From contig CAVOYW010000008.1 of the NCBI GenBank assembly GCA_963700755.1, forward strand, positions 141,318-205,317: DNA of 64,000 nt, given 5' to 3'. Of this stretch, positions 45,867 to 53,555 are shown piece by piece; positions within the stretch are counted from its first letter, which is position 1, and every line of letters begins with the position of its first letter. Made by a program: the position numbers and the translations under genes. The DNA comes from an uncultured Acidimicrobiales bacterium. GTDB taxonomy: Bacteria > Actinomycetota > Acidimicrobiia > Acidimicrobiales > SZUA-35. A model generated the notes under the pieces. The model saw only the letters and a program-made list of their open reading frames with translations, did no database searches and was not told where the DNA came from.

Positions 45867-46970
45867 TCAGCGAGCGAAGGTGCTGCGGTCGTCGGCGAAC
45901 GACTTGAACTCGAGGGCATTCCCGGCCGGGTCGAGCACGAACGCCGTGTGTTGCTCACCCGGTTCCCCCGCGAAGCGGGCGTAGGGCTCGATCACGAACC
46001 GGACGTCGGCCTCGCGCAGTCGGGTGATCAGGTCACGCCAGGCGTGCACCGGCACGAGCAACCCGAAATGGCGGATCGGAACGTCTCGACCGTCGACGAG
46101 GTTGGCCGAGATGGTGGCGTCGTGGTGTTCGTCGAGGTGGGCGACGATCTGGTGCCCCCAGAGGTCGAAATCGACCCAGTCGGGTGCCGACCGACCCTCA
46201 CGACACCCGAGGACCGTTCCATAGAACCAACGCGCCCGATCGAGGTCGTCGACCGGGAACGCCAGGTGGAAACGAGGGCGGGCGAGGGTCGGCACCAACC
46301 GACCCGTCTCGATGGTGTCGACGTCGGCTCTCGTGAACTGGGTCAACGACTCGAGCACGAGATCGGCGAATCCGAACTGCGCCGTGCCCCGGGACTCGAG
46401 GTCGGGAACGGCGACCACCGCCATCCCGGCCCCCTTCGCCGAGATACACCCGCTCACGGCGTCTTCGAACACGACACATCCCGCCGGGTCGACGCCGAGC
46501 TCGGCTGCGGTCGCCAGGTAGGGCTCGGGGTGCGGCTTGCCGTGGGAGTCGTGCTCGGCGGAGTGCACGACCTCGAAGCGATCGGTGAGATCGAGGGCGA
46601 TCAGGGTCGCGTCGATCAGGCGCTGATCCGACGAACTGCAGAGGGCGAGTCGCAGCCCGCGGTCGGCACAGAGACCGAGTGCCTCGTCGACCCCGGCCAG
46701 AGCGACGGCTCCTGCGGTGAGTTCGACCACCCGATCGACGACACTCGAGGCCACTTCATCGGGGGTTGGACCGCTCCACGGATGCCACCGGTACCAAAGT
46801 CGAGCGACGTCGCCCATGCGGACGCCCATGGTCAGATCGAAGTCGTGTTCGGTGAACGGCAGTCCGAGCGCCGCCGCCGCCTCCCGCTCGGCGATCCGCC
46901 AGCGTTGCTCCGATGCCGTGAGCAGGCCATCCATGTCGAAGATGGCGGCAGTGAGCGAACGGGAGGCCAT
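45867..46970 (-). CDS. fusion of a HAD-IA phosphatase/phosphomutase domain and a VOC (glyoxalase/dioxygenase) domain
   Basis: The N-terminal part has the FDMDGLL (DxDxT-type) motif and the GKPHPEPY motif. The C-terminal part contains FHLAFPVDDLDRARWFY...ALEFKSF. Confidence 0.7.
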   Translation of the reverse strand: MASRSLTAAIFDMDGLLTASEQRWRIAEREAAAALGLPFTEHDFDLTMGVRMGDVARLWYRWHPWSGPTPDEVASSVVDRVVELTAGAVALAGVDEALGLCADRGLRLALCSSSDQRLIDATLIALDLTDRFEVVHSAEHDSHGKPHPEPYLATAAELGVDPAGCVVFEDAVSGCISAKGAGMAVVAVPDLESRGTAQFGFADLVLESLTQFTRADVDTIETGRLVPTLARPRFHLAFPVDDLDRARWFYGTVLGCREGRSAPDWVDFDLWGHQIVAHLDEHHDATISANLVDGRDVPIRHFGLLVPVHAWRDLITRLREADVRFVIEPYARFAGEPGEQHTAFVLDPAGNALEFKSFADDRSTFAR

Positions 46971-47093
46971 GGCTCGAAAGGTTACGGGCCGCTGGCTCGC
47001 ATCCTTCTGCCCGGGCCTCGGAAAACCGGCCGCCAGCCAGAGCCGCCCACCGGCCGGCAGGGTTTGCCTGCATCGCTCGGGTCGATCGGGGGT

Positions 47094-48215
47094 TCAGTGT
47101 GTGGCGTGGGGCCGGTTCATCCCGAAGGCGTTGGGAGTGACGCGGATGAATTCGGCCTTCACCCAGAACTCCTCGATGGTCCGGGCATCGCAGTAGCTCA
47201 TCCCCGAGCGCAAACCGGCCATGAGCGAACCGAGGAGCTTGCCCACCTCACCGCGATAGGGCACCGTGCCTTCGACCCCTTCGGGCGCGCGCTGTTCGAA
47301 GTACTCGGCGTCGATCTCCTCGCCTTCGCGGGCGGCCCGGGCCTCGAGCGCCTCGAACGAGGCCATGCCCCGGACCCGCTTGACCAGCCCTCGGTCGGAC
47401 TGCTCGACTTCGCCCGGGCTCTCCTTGGTGCCTGCGAGCATCGATCCGATCATGACCGTCGAGGCTCCGGCCGCCAGCGCCTTGGCGATGTCGCCCGAGG
47501 TCCGGATGCCGCCGTCGGCGATCACCGGGATCGGTTCCCCGGCGACATCGGCGAATCCGGCACAGTCGCTGATGGCGGTGAGCTGCGGGACGCCAACGCC
47601 GGCAACCAGCCGCGTGGTGCACACCCCACCCGGGCCGACACCGACCTTGACCGCGTCGGCGCCTGCGGCGACCAGGTCGTCGGCTCCGACTCTCGTGGCC
47701 ACGTTGCCGGCGATGACGTCGATCTCGGGCAGCGCCGCCTTGATCTGGCCCAGCACCTCGATGGCATGGTCGGCGTGCCCGTGGGCGATGTCGAGCACCA
47801 GGACGTCGGCGCCGGCGTCGACCAGCGCCCGCGAACGATCGAGCGCGTCGCGATCGGTGCCGACCGCTGCACCCACCAGGAGCGACCCCCGGTTGGTCAC
47901 CGGCCCCGCCCCGGCCAAGGACTCCGGCGCCGGCGCCGCCGTCTTCACCGCTTCCACCATCGCCGCCTGTGCGTCGATGGTGAGGAACCGATGGATGATG
48001 CCCATGCCGCCCAGCCGGGCCATGGCGATCGCCATCGTCCGTTTCGCAGACGGTGTCCATGTTGGCAGCGATGACCGGAAGATCCGAGATCGACGTTGCG
48101 GGTACAGTGCCGTCTGCAGCGACACGTCGATGCGGGATCGGATACCGGATCGCCGGGGGACGAGCAGGACGTCGTCGAAGGTCAGGCCGGTTCGGAGTCG
48201 CAGTCGAGGCTTCAC
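47094..48215 (-). CDS. IMP dehydrogenase/GMP reductase family protein (no CBS insert); the ORF is intact, but a conserved motif sits in another frame (compensated frameshift pair)
   Basis: The sequence contains [45 protein letters not shown] and VIADGGIR. The expected [14 protein letters not shown] motif is readable only in the -1 frame between about 48100 and 48040. Confidence 0.8.
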   Translation of the reverse strand: MKPRLRLRTGLTFDDVLLVPRRSGIRSRIDVSLQTALYPQRRSRIFRSSLPTWTPSAKRTMAIAMARLGGMGIIHRFLTIDAQAAMVEAVKTAAPAPESLAGAGPVTNRGSLLVGAAVGTDRDALDRSRALVDAGADVLVLDIAHGHADHAIEVLGQIKAALPEIDVIAGNVATRVGADDLVAAGADAVKVGVGPGGVCTTRLVAGVGVPQLTAISDCAGFADVAGEPIPVIADGGIRTSGDIAKALAAGASTVMIGSMLAGTKESPGEVEQSDRGLVKRVRGMASFEALEARAAREGEEIDAEYFEQRAPEGVEGTVPYRGEVGKLLGSLMAGLRSGMSYCDARTIEEFWVKAEFIRVTPNAFGMNRPHATH

Positions 48216-48217
48216 CG

Positions 48218-49287
48218 TCAGTCGAGGCTAATGGGCTCGTCGAGGGACCGCTCGTCGAGGTCGACGAGGTCGGGAGCGAGACTCGTCGGCTCGGAGCATC
48301 GAGCGCCCACGGCCTATGAGCGACTCGATCCTGCATCTCCATCATGAGGTCGGGGTTCTCGGCCAGGAACCGTCTTGACGGCTTCGCGACCCTGGCCGAT
48401 CTGTTCGCCGTCGTAGCTGTACCAGGCCCCGGACTTCTTGACGATGTCCTGATCGACGGCGATGTCGAGCAGCGAACCCTCGCGGCTGATGCCATGGCCG
48501 TACATGATGTCGAACTCGGCCTGACGGAACGGCGGCGCGACCTTGTTCTTGACGACCTTGACACGGGTGCGGTTGCCGACCACCTCGGCGCCGTCCTTCA
48601 GGGACTCGATCCGGCGGATGTCGAGGCGGACCGAACTGTAGAACTTGAGCGCCCGACCACCGGGGGTGGTCTCGGGCGAGCCGAACATCACCCCGATCTT
48701 CTCTCGCAGCTGATTGATGAAGATGCAGATGGTGTCGGTCTTGTTGAGGTTGCCGGTGATCTTGCGCAGCGCCTGTGACATGAGCCGGGCCTGGAGCCCG
48801 ACGTGGGTGTCGCCCATGTCGCCTTCGATCTCGGCCCGAGGGGTGAGGGCGGCGACCGAGTCGATGACGATGACGTCGATCGAACCCGACCGGACCAGGA
48901 TGTCGGCGATCTCGAGCGCCTGTTCACCGGTGTCGGGCTGCGAGATCAGCAGCTCGTCGACGTCGACGCCGATGGCTCGGGCGTAGATCGGGTCCATGGC
49001 GTGCTCGGCGTCGATGTAGGCGCACTTGCCACCGTTGCGCTGGGCCTCGGCCACCACGTGCATGGCCAGGGTCGACTTGCCGGAGGACTCCGGACCGAAG
49101 ATCTCGACCACACGACCACGAGGAAGGCCGCCGACACCGAGGGCGATGTCGAGGGCCAGGGCACCCGTGGGGATCGACGCCGATGGAGCGGCTGCCCTTC
49201 TCGCCCATCTTCATGACCGGCACCCTTGCCGAACTGCTTTTCGATCTGGCCCAGGGCCATGTCGAGGGCTTTGTCTTTGTCGACCAT
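48218..49287 (-). pseudogene. recA: recombinase RecA; the reading frame is broken by four single-nt indels as sequenced (most likely sequence error)
   Basis: MVDKDKALDMALGQIEKQFGKGA reads in frame [13 protein letters not shown] reads in frame [42 protein letters not shown] through GQGREAVKT reads in frame [19 protein letters not shown] reads in frame D. The acidic tail [24 protein letters not shown] is back in frame C. AAGGAG lies 9 nt before the ATG at 49287. Confidence 0.93.
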
Positions 49288-49421
49288 GTTGCGTGTCTCC
49301 TTGTGCGGCGGTCCGTGGGTTGGAGGCCTGGGTTGGTGCCGCCGGTTGGTTGCGGCGGGTACTCGACGGGGAAAGAGCTGGCGGTCGGACCTTCCGAGCG
49401 GACCCGAGAGGAACGATGATG

Positions 49422-49444
49422 AACCTACCGATGGGGTGTGACAC
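49422..49444 (-). promoter_or_regulatory. RecA-NDp-like (PafBC-type) promoter candidate upstream of recA
   Basis: The minus strand reads GTGTCACAC-N8-TAGGTT. This resembles the remembered mycobacterial motif tTGTCRgtg-N8-TAnnnT, and the spacing is exact. Confidence 0.3.
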
Positions 49445-49511
49445 TCATCGGGAACCGCCGGGTGAGCGGGTGCCGCACGAAGTTGCCGACGAGATCACAG
49501 CAGCGTAATTC

Positions 49512-49525
49512 CGAACACTTGTTCG
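49512..49525. promoter_or_regulatory. LexA (SOS) box CGAACACTTGTTCG
   Basis: This is a perfect GAAC-N4-GTTC palindrome in the recA/lipoprotein divergent region. It overlaps the -35 position of the plus-strand promoter. Confidence 0.8.
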
Positions 49526-49540
49526 GGCAACCACCCCCGC

Positions 49541-49546
49541 TAGAAT
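49541..49546 (+). promoter_or_regulatory. -10 hexamer TAGAAT of a putative leaderless promoter
   Basis: TAGAAT ends 6 nt before the GTG at 49553. There is no room for a Shine-Dalgarno. Confidence 0.45.
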
Positions 49547-49552
49547 TTCTCC

Positions 49553-49957
49553 GTGCTCGGTCCGAACCTCGTCTGCTCGACTCCACGGCAACGGGCTCGC
49601 CCCCGGCCCGGCACCACCGGCCGGACCAGCGCTGCGGCGAGACCGATCCTCCTGGCCACGATCGCCATCGTCGTCATCGCCCTGCTCGGTGCCGGCTGCA
49701 GCGGTCAGGACGACGAGCCCACCACCGCCGAGCTGCTGAACGAACTCGAAGGGCGCGCCCTCACCCCCGAAGAGCTGGCCCAGCGCAACGAGATCGCCCA
49801 GGTGCTCTGCCGTCTCGACGATCAGGTGTTGACCACGGTGTGGGACGACCTGTCGCCCCGACAGCTCGAATTCCAGGACATCGTCTTCAGTCGGGAGTGC
49901 CCGTCACGCCTGGACCTCTACCGGGCGACGACGGGCCGACTCGGTCCCGGCGATTGA
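49553..49957 (+). CDS. small lipoprotein, putatively LexA-regulated and leaderless
   Basis: The signal peptide ends in the lipobox LLGAGC. The mature part is acidic and about 85 aa. I recognised no family. Confidence 0.6.
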   Translation: MLGPNLVCSTPRQRARPRPGTTGRTSAAARPILLATIAIVVIALLGAGCSGQDDEPTTAELLNELEGRALTPEELAQRNEIAQVLCRLDDQVLTTVWDDLSPRQLEFQDIVFSRECPSRLDLYRATTGRLGPGD

Positions 49958-49973
49958 GGATCCGAGGTTCGAC

Positions 49974-50876
49974 TCAATCCCGGAACGGCGCCGCGACCTC
50001 GGCCAGGAACCGGTCGAGTTTGTCGTCTTTCGCCGACCCCGAGCCGAGCGTGAAGTCGGGAACGATGAACTCGTCGACACCGGCCCCGACGTAGGCCGCC
50101 ATCTGTTCCTGGAGCTGGGACGCCGTGCCGATGATGGTCGGTCGGGGAATGGGCCGCTCCCGCAGGCCCGCCGCCTCGGCCTCGGTGTCACACAGGAACA
50201 CCAGCGCCACCGACGATCGCTCGATCGTGGTGGGATCCCGGTCGAGACGGTCGCAGTGCTGCTCGAGGACCGCCGACTTCTGGGCGATGATCTCGGGCGT
50301 CGACCACACATTCCACTCCTCGGCATACTGGGCGACCAGGCGCAGCGTCTTCTTCTCGCCGCCCCCGCCGAGCAGGATCGGGAGGGGGCCGACGGGTTTC
50401 GGCGACAGCGGGGCGTCGACGGCTCGATAGTGGACACCGTCGAGGTCGAACCGTTCGCCGTCGCGCAGGCCACGCAGGATCTGCAACGACTCCTCGAGCT
50501 TCTCGAACCGGTCGGTGAAGGTCCCGAACGGAATGCCGTAGGCGACGTGCTCGTTCTCCTGCCACCCCGACCCGAGGCCGAGCACGACACGACCGCCGGC
50601 GATGTGATCGGCCGACACCGCCGTCTTGAGCAGTACTGCGGGGTTCCGATAGGTGTTGCCGCACACCAACGGACCGAGTCGCACCGAGTCGGTCGCCTGG
50701 CCGAGTGCGGCGAGCACGGTCCAGACCTCGTGGATCGGCTGGTCGACATCGCCCTGGAACGGCATGAAGTGATCGGCGAACCAGACGCCGTCCCAACCGG
50801 TGGCGTCGGCCCGGACCCCCGATCGCAGGATTTCGTTCCAGTCGAGGCCGTTGCTGATCCAATGGGAGAAGCGCAT
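49974..50876 (-). CDS. LLM class flavin/F420-dependent oxidoreductase
   Basis: The sequence contains WDGVWFADHF...LGLGSGWQENEH. The ATG at 50876 gives a 300-aa product. Confidence 0.8.
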   Translation of the reverse strand: MRFSHWISNGLDWNEILRSGVRADATGWDGVWFADHFMPFQGDVDQPIHEVWTVLAALGQATDSVRLGPLVCGNTYRNPAVLLKTAVSADHIAGGRVVLGLGSGWQENEHVAYGIPFGTFTDRFEKLEESLQILRGLRDGERFDLDGVHYRAVDAPLSPKPVGPLPILLGGGGEKKTLRLVAQYAEEWNVWSTPEIIAQKSAVLEQHCDRLDRDPTTIERSSVALVFLCDTEAEAAGLRERPIPRPTIIGTASQLQEQMAAYVGAGVDEFIVPDFTLGSGSAKDDKLDRFLAEVAAPFRD

Positions 50877-50964
50877 ACCGGGCGACGCTAGTCGGCGTGC
50901 CCGCAACGACCAAAGACCCCGGGGTCGGGCATCACTTTGCGCCGGGCGACGCCTCGGGGCCAGG

Positions 50965-51432
50965 ATGCCTCTCGTGACCGCAACCGACACCAGCCCGACA
51001 CCGACGCAACGACCGTTGCCGACCCCCACGCCGGAAACCGACCACTTCTGGGACGGTACCCGCAACCGTCAGCTCCTCCTGCAACGCTGCTCCGACTGCT
51101 CGTCGGCGTACTTCCCTCCCCGGCCCTTCTGTCCCTCGTGTGGATCCCGCTCGGTCGAGGTGTTCGAAGCGTCGGGGCGGGCGACGCTCCACAGCTACGT
51201 GATCAACCAGCGTCCCGGCCCCGGTTTCGACGGCCCGGTCGCCGTGGCCGTCGTCGAACTCGAGGAGGGACCCCGCCTCATGACCAACGTCATCGACGTC
51301 GACCAGACCGAGGAGGCACTGCCCCTCGACCTGGCCCTCGAGGTCGCCTTCGTCGACTTCGTCGCGACCGACGGAGCCCAGACGGCCACGCTGCCCCTCT
51401 TCCGCCCGGCCGACCAGGGAGCAGCCCGATGA
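50965..51432 (+). CDS. Zn-ribbon/OB-fold protein (DUF35) partner of SCP-x-type thiolase
   Basis: The protein has the rubredoxin-like CSDCSSAYFPPRPFCPSCGS followed by an OB fold. Its stop overlaps the next start as ATGA. Confidence 0.8.
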   Translation: MPLVTATDTSPTPTQRPLPTPTPETDHFWDGTRNRQLLLQRCSDCSSAYFPPRPFCPSCGSRSVEVFEASGRATLHSYVINQRPGPGFDGPVAVAVVELEEGPRLMTNVIDVDQTEEALPLDLALEVAFVDFVATDGAQTATLPLFRPADQGAAR

Positions 51433-52571
51433 AGCAGAAGTCCGTCGCCATCGTCGGCGCCGCCGAGACCACGAAGTTGGGAAAGATCCCCGACCAATCG
51501 GTGATCGGCCTGCATGCCGACGCCGCACTCAACGCCCTGGCCGACTGCGGGCTCACACCCCGAGACGTCGACGGTGTCGCCACGGCCGGTCTGAGCCCGA
51601 CCGACGTCGCCCACTACCTGGGGATCACACCCACCTGGGTCGACGGCACCTCGGTCGGCGGCTGCTCGTTCATGCTGCACGTCCGGCATGCGGCTGCGGC
51701 CATCAACGAGGGGCTCGCCGACACGATCCTCATCACCCACGCCGAGAGTGGTCGGAGCCGGATCGGCGCCGGCCGCTGGAGCGCCGACCCCACCAGCCTC
51801 ACCGGACAGTTCGAGAGCCCATTCGGTCCCGGTGGCCCCCCGACCCGTTTCACGATCCCCTGGCTCCGCTACGCCAAGACCTACGGGGTCGGCATCGAGA
51901 AACTGGCGAACGTGTCGGTCGTCCAACGGGAATGGGCTGGGCTCAACCCTCGGGCCAGCTTCCGAGACCCGATCACGATCGACGACGTGCTCGGCTCGAC
52001 CATGATCGCCACACCCTTCACCAAGTTGATGTGCTGCCTGGTGACCGACGGCGGGGGCGCGCTGGTGCTCACCTCGGCCGAGCGGGCTGCGGACTTCCCG
52101 CGCAAACCGGTGTACGTGCTCGGAACGGGCGAGAGCGTCGAGACCCCGATGATCTCGCAGATGGAGGACTTCACGAGCTCGAAGGCCTTCCGGGTGTCGG
52201 GGGCGAAGGCTTTCGCCGAAGCCGGAATCGGCCATGCCGATGTCGACCACCTGATGATCTACGACGCGTTCGCACACCTGCCGATCTACGGACTCGAAGA
52301 CCTCGGCTTCGTCGGTCGGGGCGAAGGGGCCGACTACATCTGGGACCGCAAGACCGCCATCGGGGGCGAACTCCCCCTCAACACCAATGGTGGCGGTCTG
52401 TCCTACATGCACTCCGGGATGTACGGGATGTACGCCCTGCAGGAGAGCGTGCGCCAGATGCGGGGCATCGCCCCGGCGCAGATCGAGGGAGCCGAGATCT
52501 CCATCGCCCACGGGGTCGGGGGCATGTTCGCCGCCTCGGGCACGATCGTGATGTCCAACGTCGCTCCCTGA
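51429..52571 (+). CDS. thiolase-like (SCP-x/non-specific lipid-transfer type) protein
   Basis: The protein has a thiolase fold with an NTNGGGLS C-terminal motif, and it pairs with DUF35. Confidence 0.85.
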   Translation: MKQKSVAIVGAAETTKLGKIPDQSVIGLHADAALNALADCGLTPRDVDGVATAGLSPTDVAHYLGITPTWVDGTSVGGCSFMLHVRHAAAAINEGLADTILITHAESGRSRIGAGRWSADPTSLTGQFESPFGPGGPPTRFTIPWLRYAKTYGVGIEKLANVSVVQREWAGLNPRASFRDPITIDDVLGSTMIATPFTKLMCCLVTDGGGALVLTSAERAADFPRKPVYVLGTGESVETPMISQMEDFTSSKAFRVSGAKAFAEAGIGHADVDHLMIYDAFAHLPIYGLEDLGFVGRGEGADYIWDRKTAIGGELPLNTNGGGLSYMHSGMYGMYALQESVRQMRGIAPAQIEGAEISIAHGVGGMFAASGTIVMSNVAP

Positions 52572-52614
52572 CCAACCCGATGTCGGTCCCCGACGGGCGA
52601 CCTAGGCTCGCACG

Positions 52615-53469
52615 ATGGATGTAGCCGTCGTCGACTTTCGCGCTCCCGACGCCCCCGAGCGATTCACCCGGAGCCTGCTCGACACCGGGTTCGGTGTCGT
52701 GGTCGATCATCCGCTCGATTGGCCGGCGATCGAGGCCCTGTTCGACGAGTGGAACCGATTCTTCGATCATCCGAACCGCTTCGCGTACGTTCCCGAGCCC
52801 GGAACCCAGGGCGGCTACTTCCCCCCCGAGGTGGCCGAGACGGCGGCGGGCAACTCGATCCGCGATCTCAAGGAGTTCTTCCACGTCTACCCGTGGTCGG
52901 TCTACCCGACCGAGGTCACCGACGCCGCTCTCGACTACGCCGAGGCGGCCCAGGGTGTCGCTCGAACCCTGCTCGACTGGGTCGAGGCCAACACACCACC
53001 CGAGATCGCCGCCCGGTTCTCCCAACCCCTCTCGTCGATGATGGACCGAAGCACCCGGTCGCTCCTGCGCATCCTGCGCTACGGACCCCTCTCGGGCCGA
53101 GAGCCGGCGGGGGCCGTGCGGGCGGCCGCCCACAAGGACATCAACCTGCTGACCGTTCTGCCGTCGTCCAACGAACCGGGCCTCGAACTGCTCGGTGCCG
53201 ATGGCGAATGGTTCGCCGTCCCGTGTGACCCATCGTCCCTCGCCGTCAACGCCGGCGAGATGCTCGAGTTGGCCAGCGGGGGCTACTACCCGGCCACGGT
53301 TCACCGGGTCACCAACCCCACCGGCGACGCCGCTCGCCGGCACCGCATGGCCGCTCCCCTGTTCCTGCACCCTGCCGACGACGTGATCCTCGCCGACGAC
53401 CGGCCGGCCATCGACTTCCTCGAGGCCCGTCTGCGAGAACTCCGGGGGGAGACCCCCGGTCCGGCCTGA
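52615..53469 (+). CDS. 2-oxoglutarate/Fe(II)-dependent oxygenase (isopenicillin N synthase-like)
   Basis: The HxD motif is AHKDINLLT, the distal His is in ATVHRV, and the product is 284 aa. Confidence 0.8.
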   Translation: MDVAVVDFRAPDAPERFTRSLLDTGFGVVVDHPLDWPAIEALFDEWNRFFDHPNRFAYVPEPGTQGGYFPPEVAETAAGNSIRDLKEFFHVYPWSVYPTEVTDAALDYAEAAQGVARTLLDWVEANTPPEIAARFSQPLSSMMDRSTRSLLRILRYGPLSGREPAGAVRAAAHKDINLLTVLPSSNEPGLELLGADGEWFAVPCDPSSLAVNAGEMLELASGGYYPATVHRVTNPTGDAARRHRMAAPLFLHPADDVILADDRPAIDFLEARLRELRGETPGPA

Positions 53470-53555
53470 TCGGGCCCGCGCCCGGCGCGGCCCAAGGGTC
53501 CCGATCCCGCCACCCGACCGGTCAACTGGCCGGAGCCGTCAACTGGTCGGATCGG

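Noticed and set aside
48218-49287. Programmed ribosomal frameshifting, an intein or a split recA as the explanation for the broken recA frame.
   Set aside because: There are four separate shifts of both signs, with no slippery heptamers or downstream pseudoknot pattern. There is no inserted intein-like sequence, since the corrected protein is collinear with RecA. The neighbouring gene shows the same kind of lesions.
49940-49980. A tRNA-like T-arm sequence GAGGTTCGACTCAATCC.
   Set aside because: It sits across the convergent ends of two CDSs. No acceptor stem, D-arm or anticodon arm can be drawn around it.
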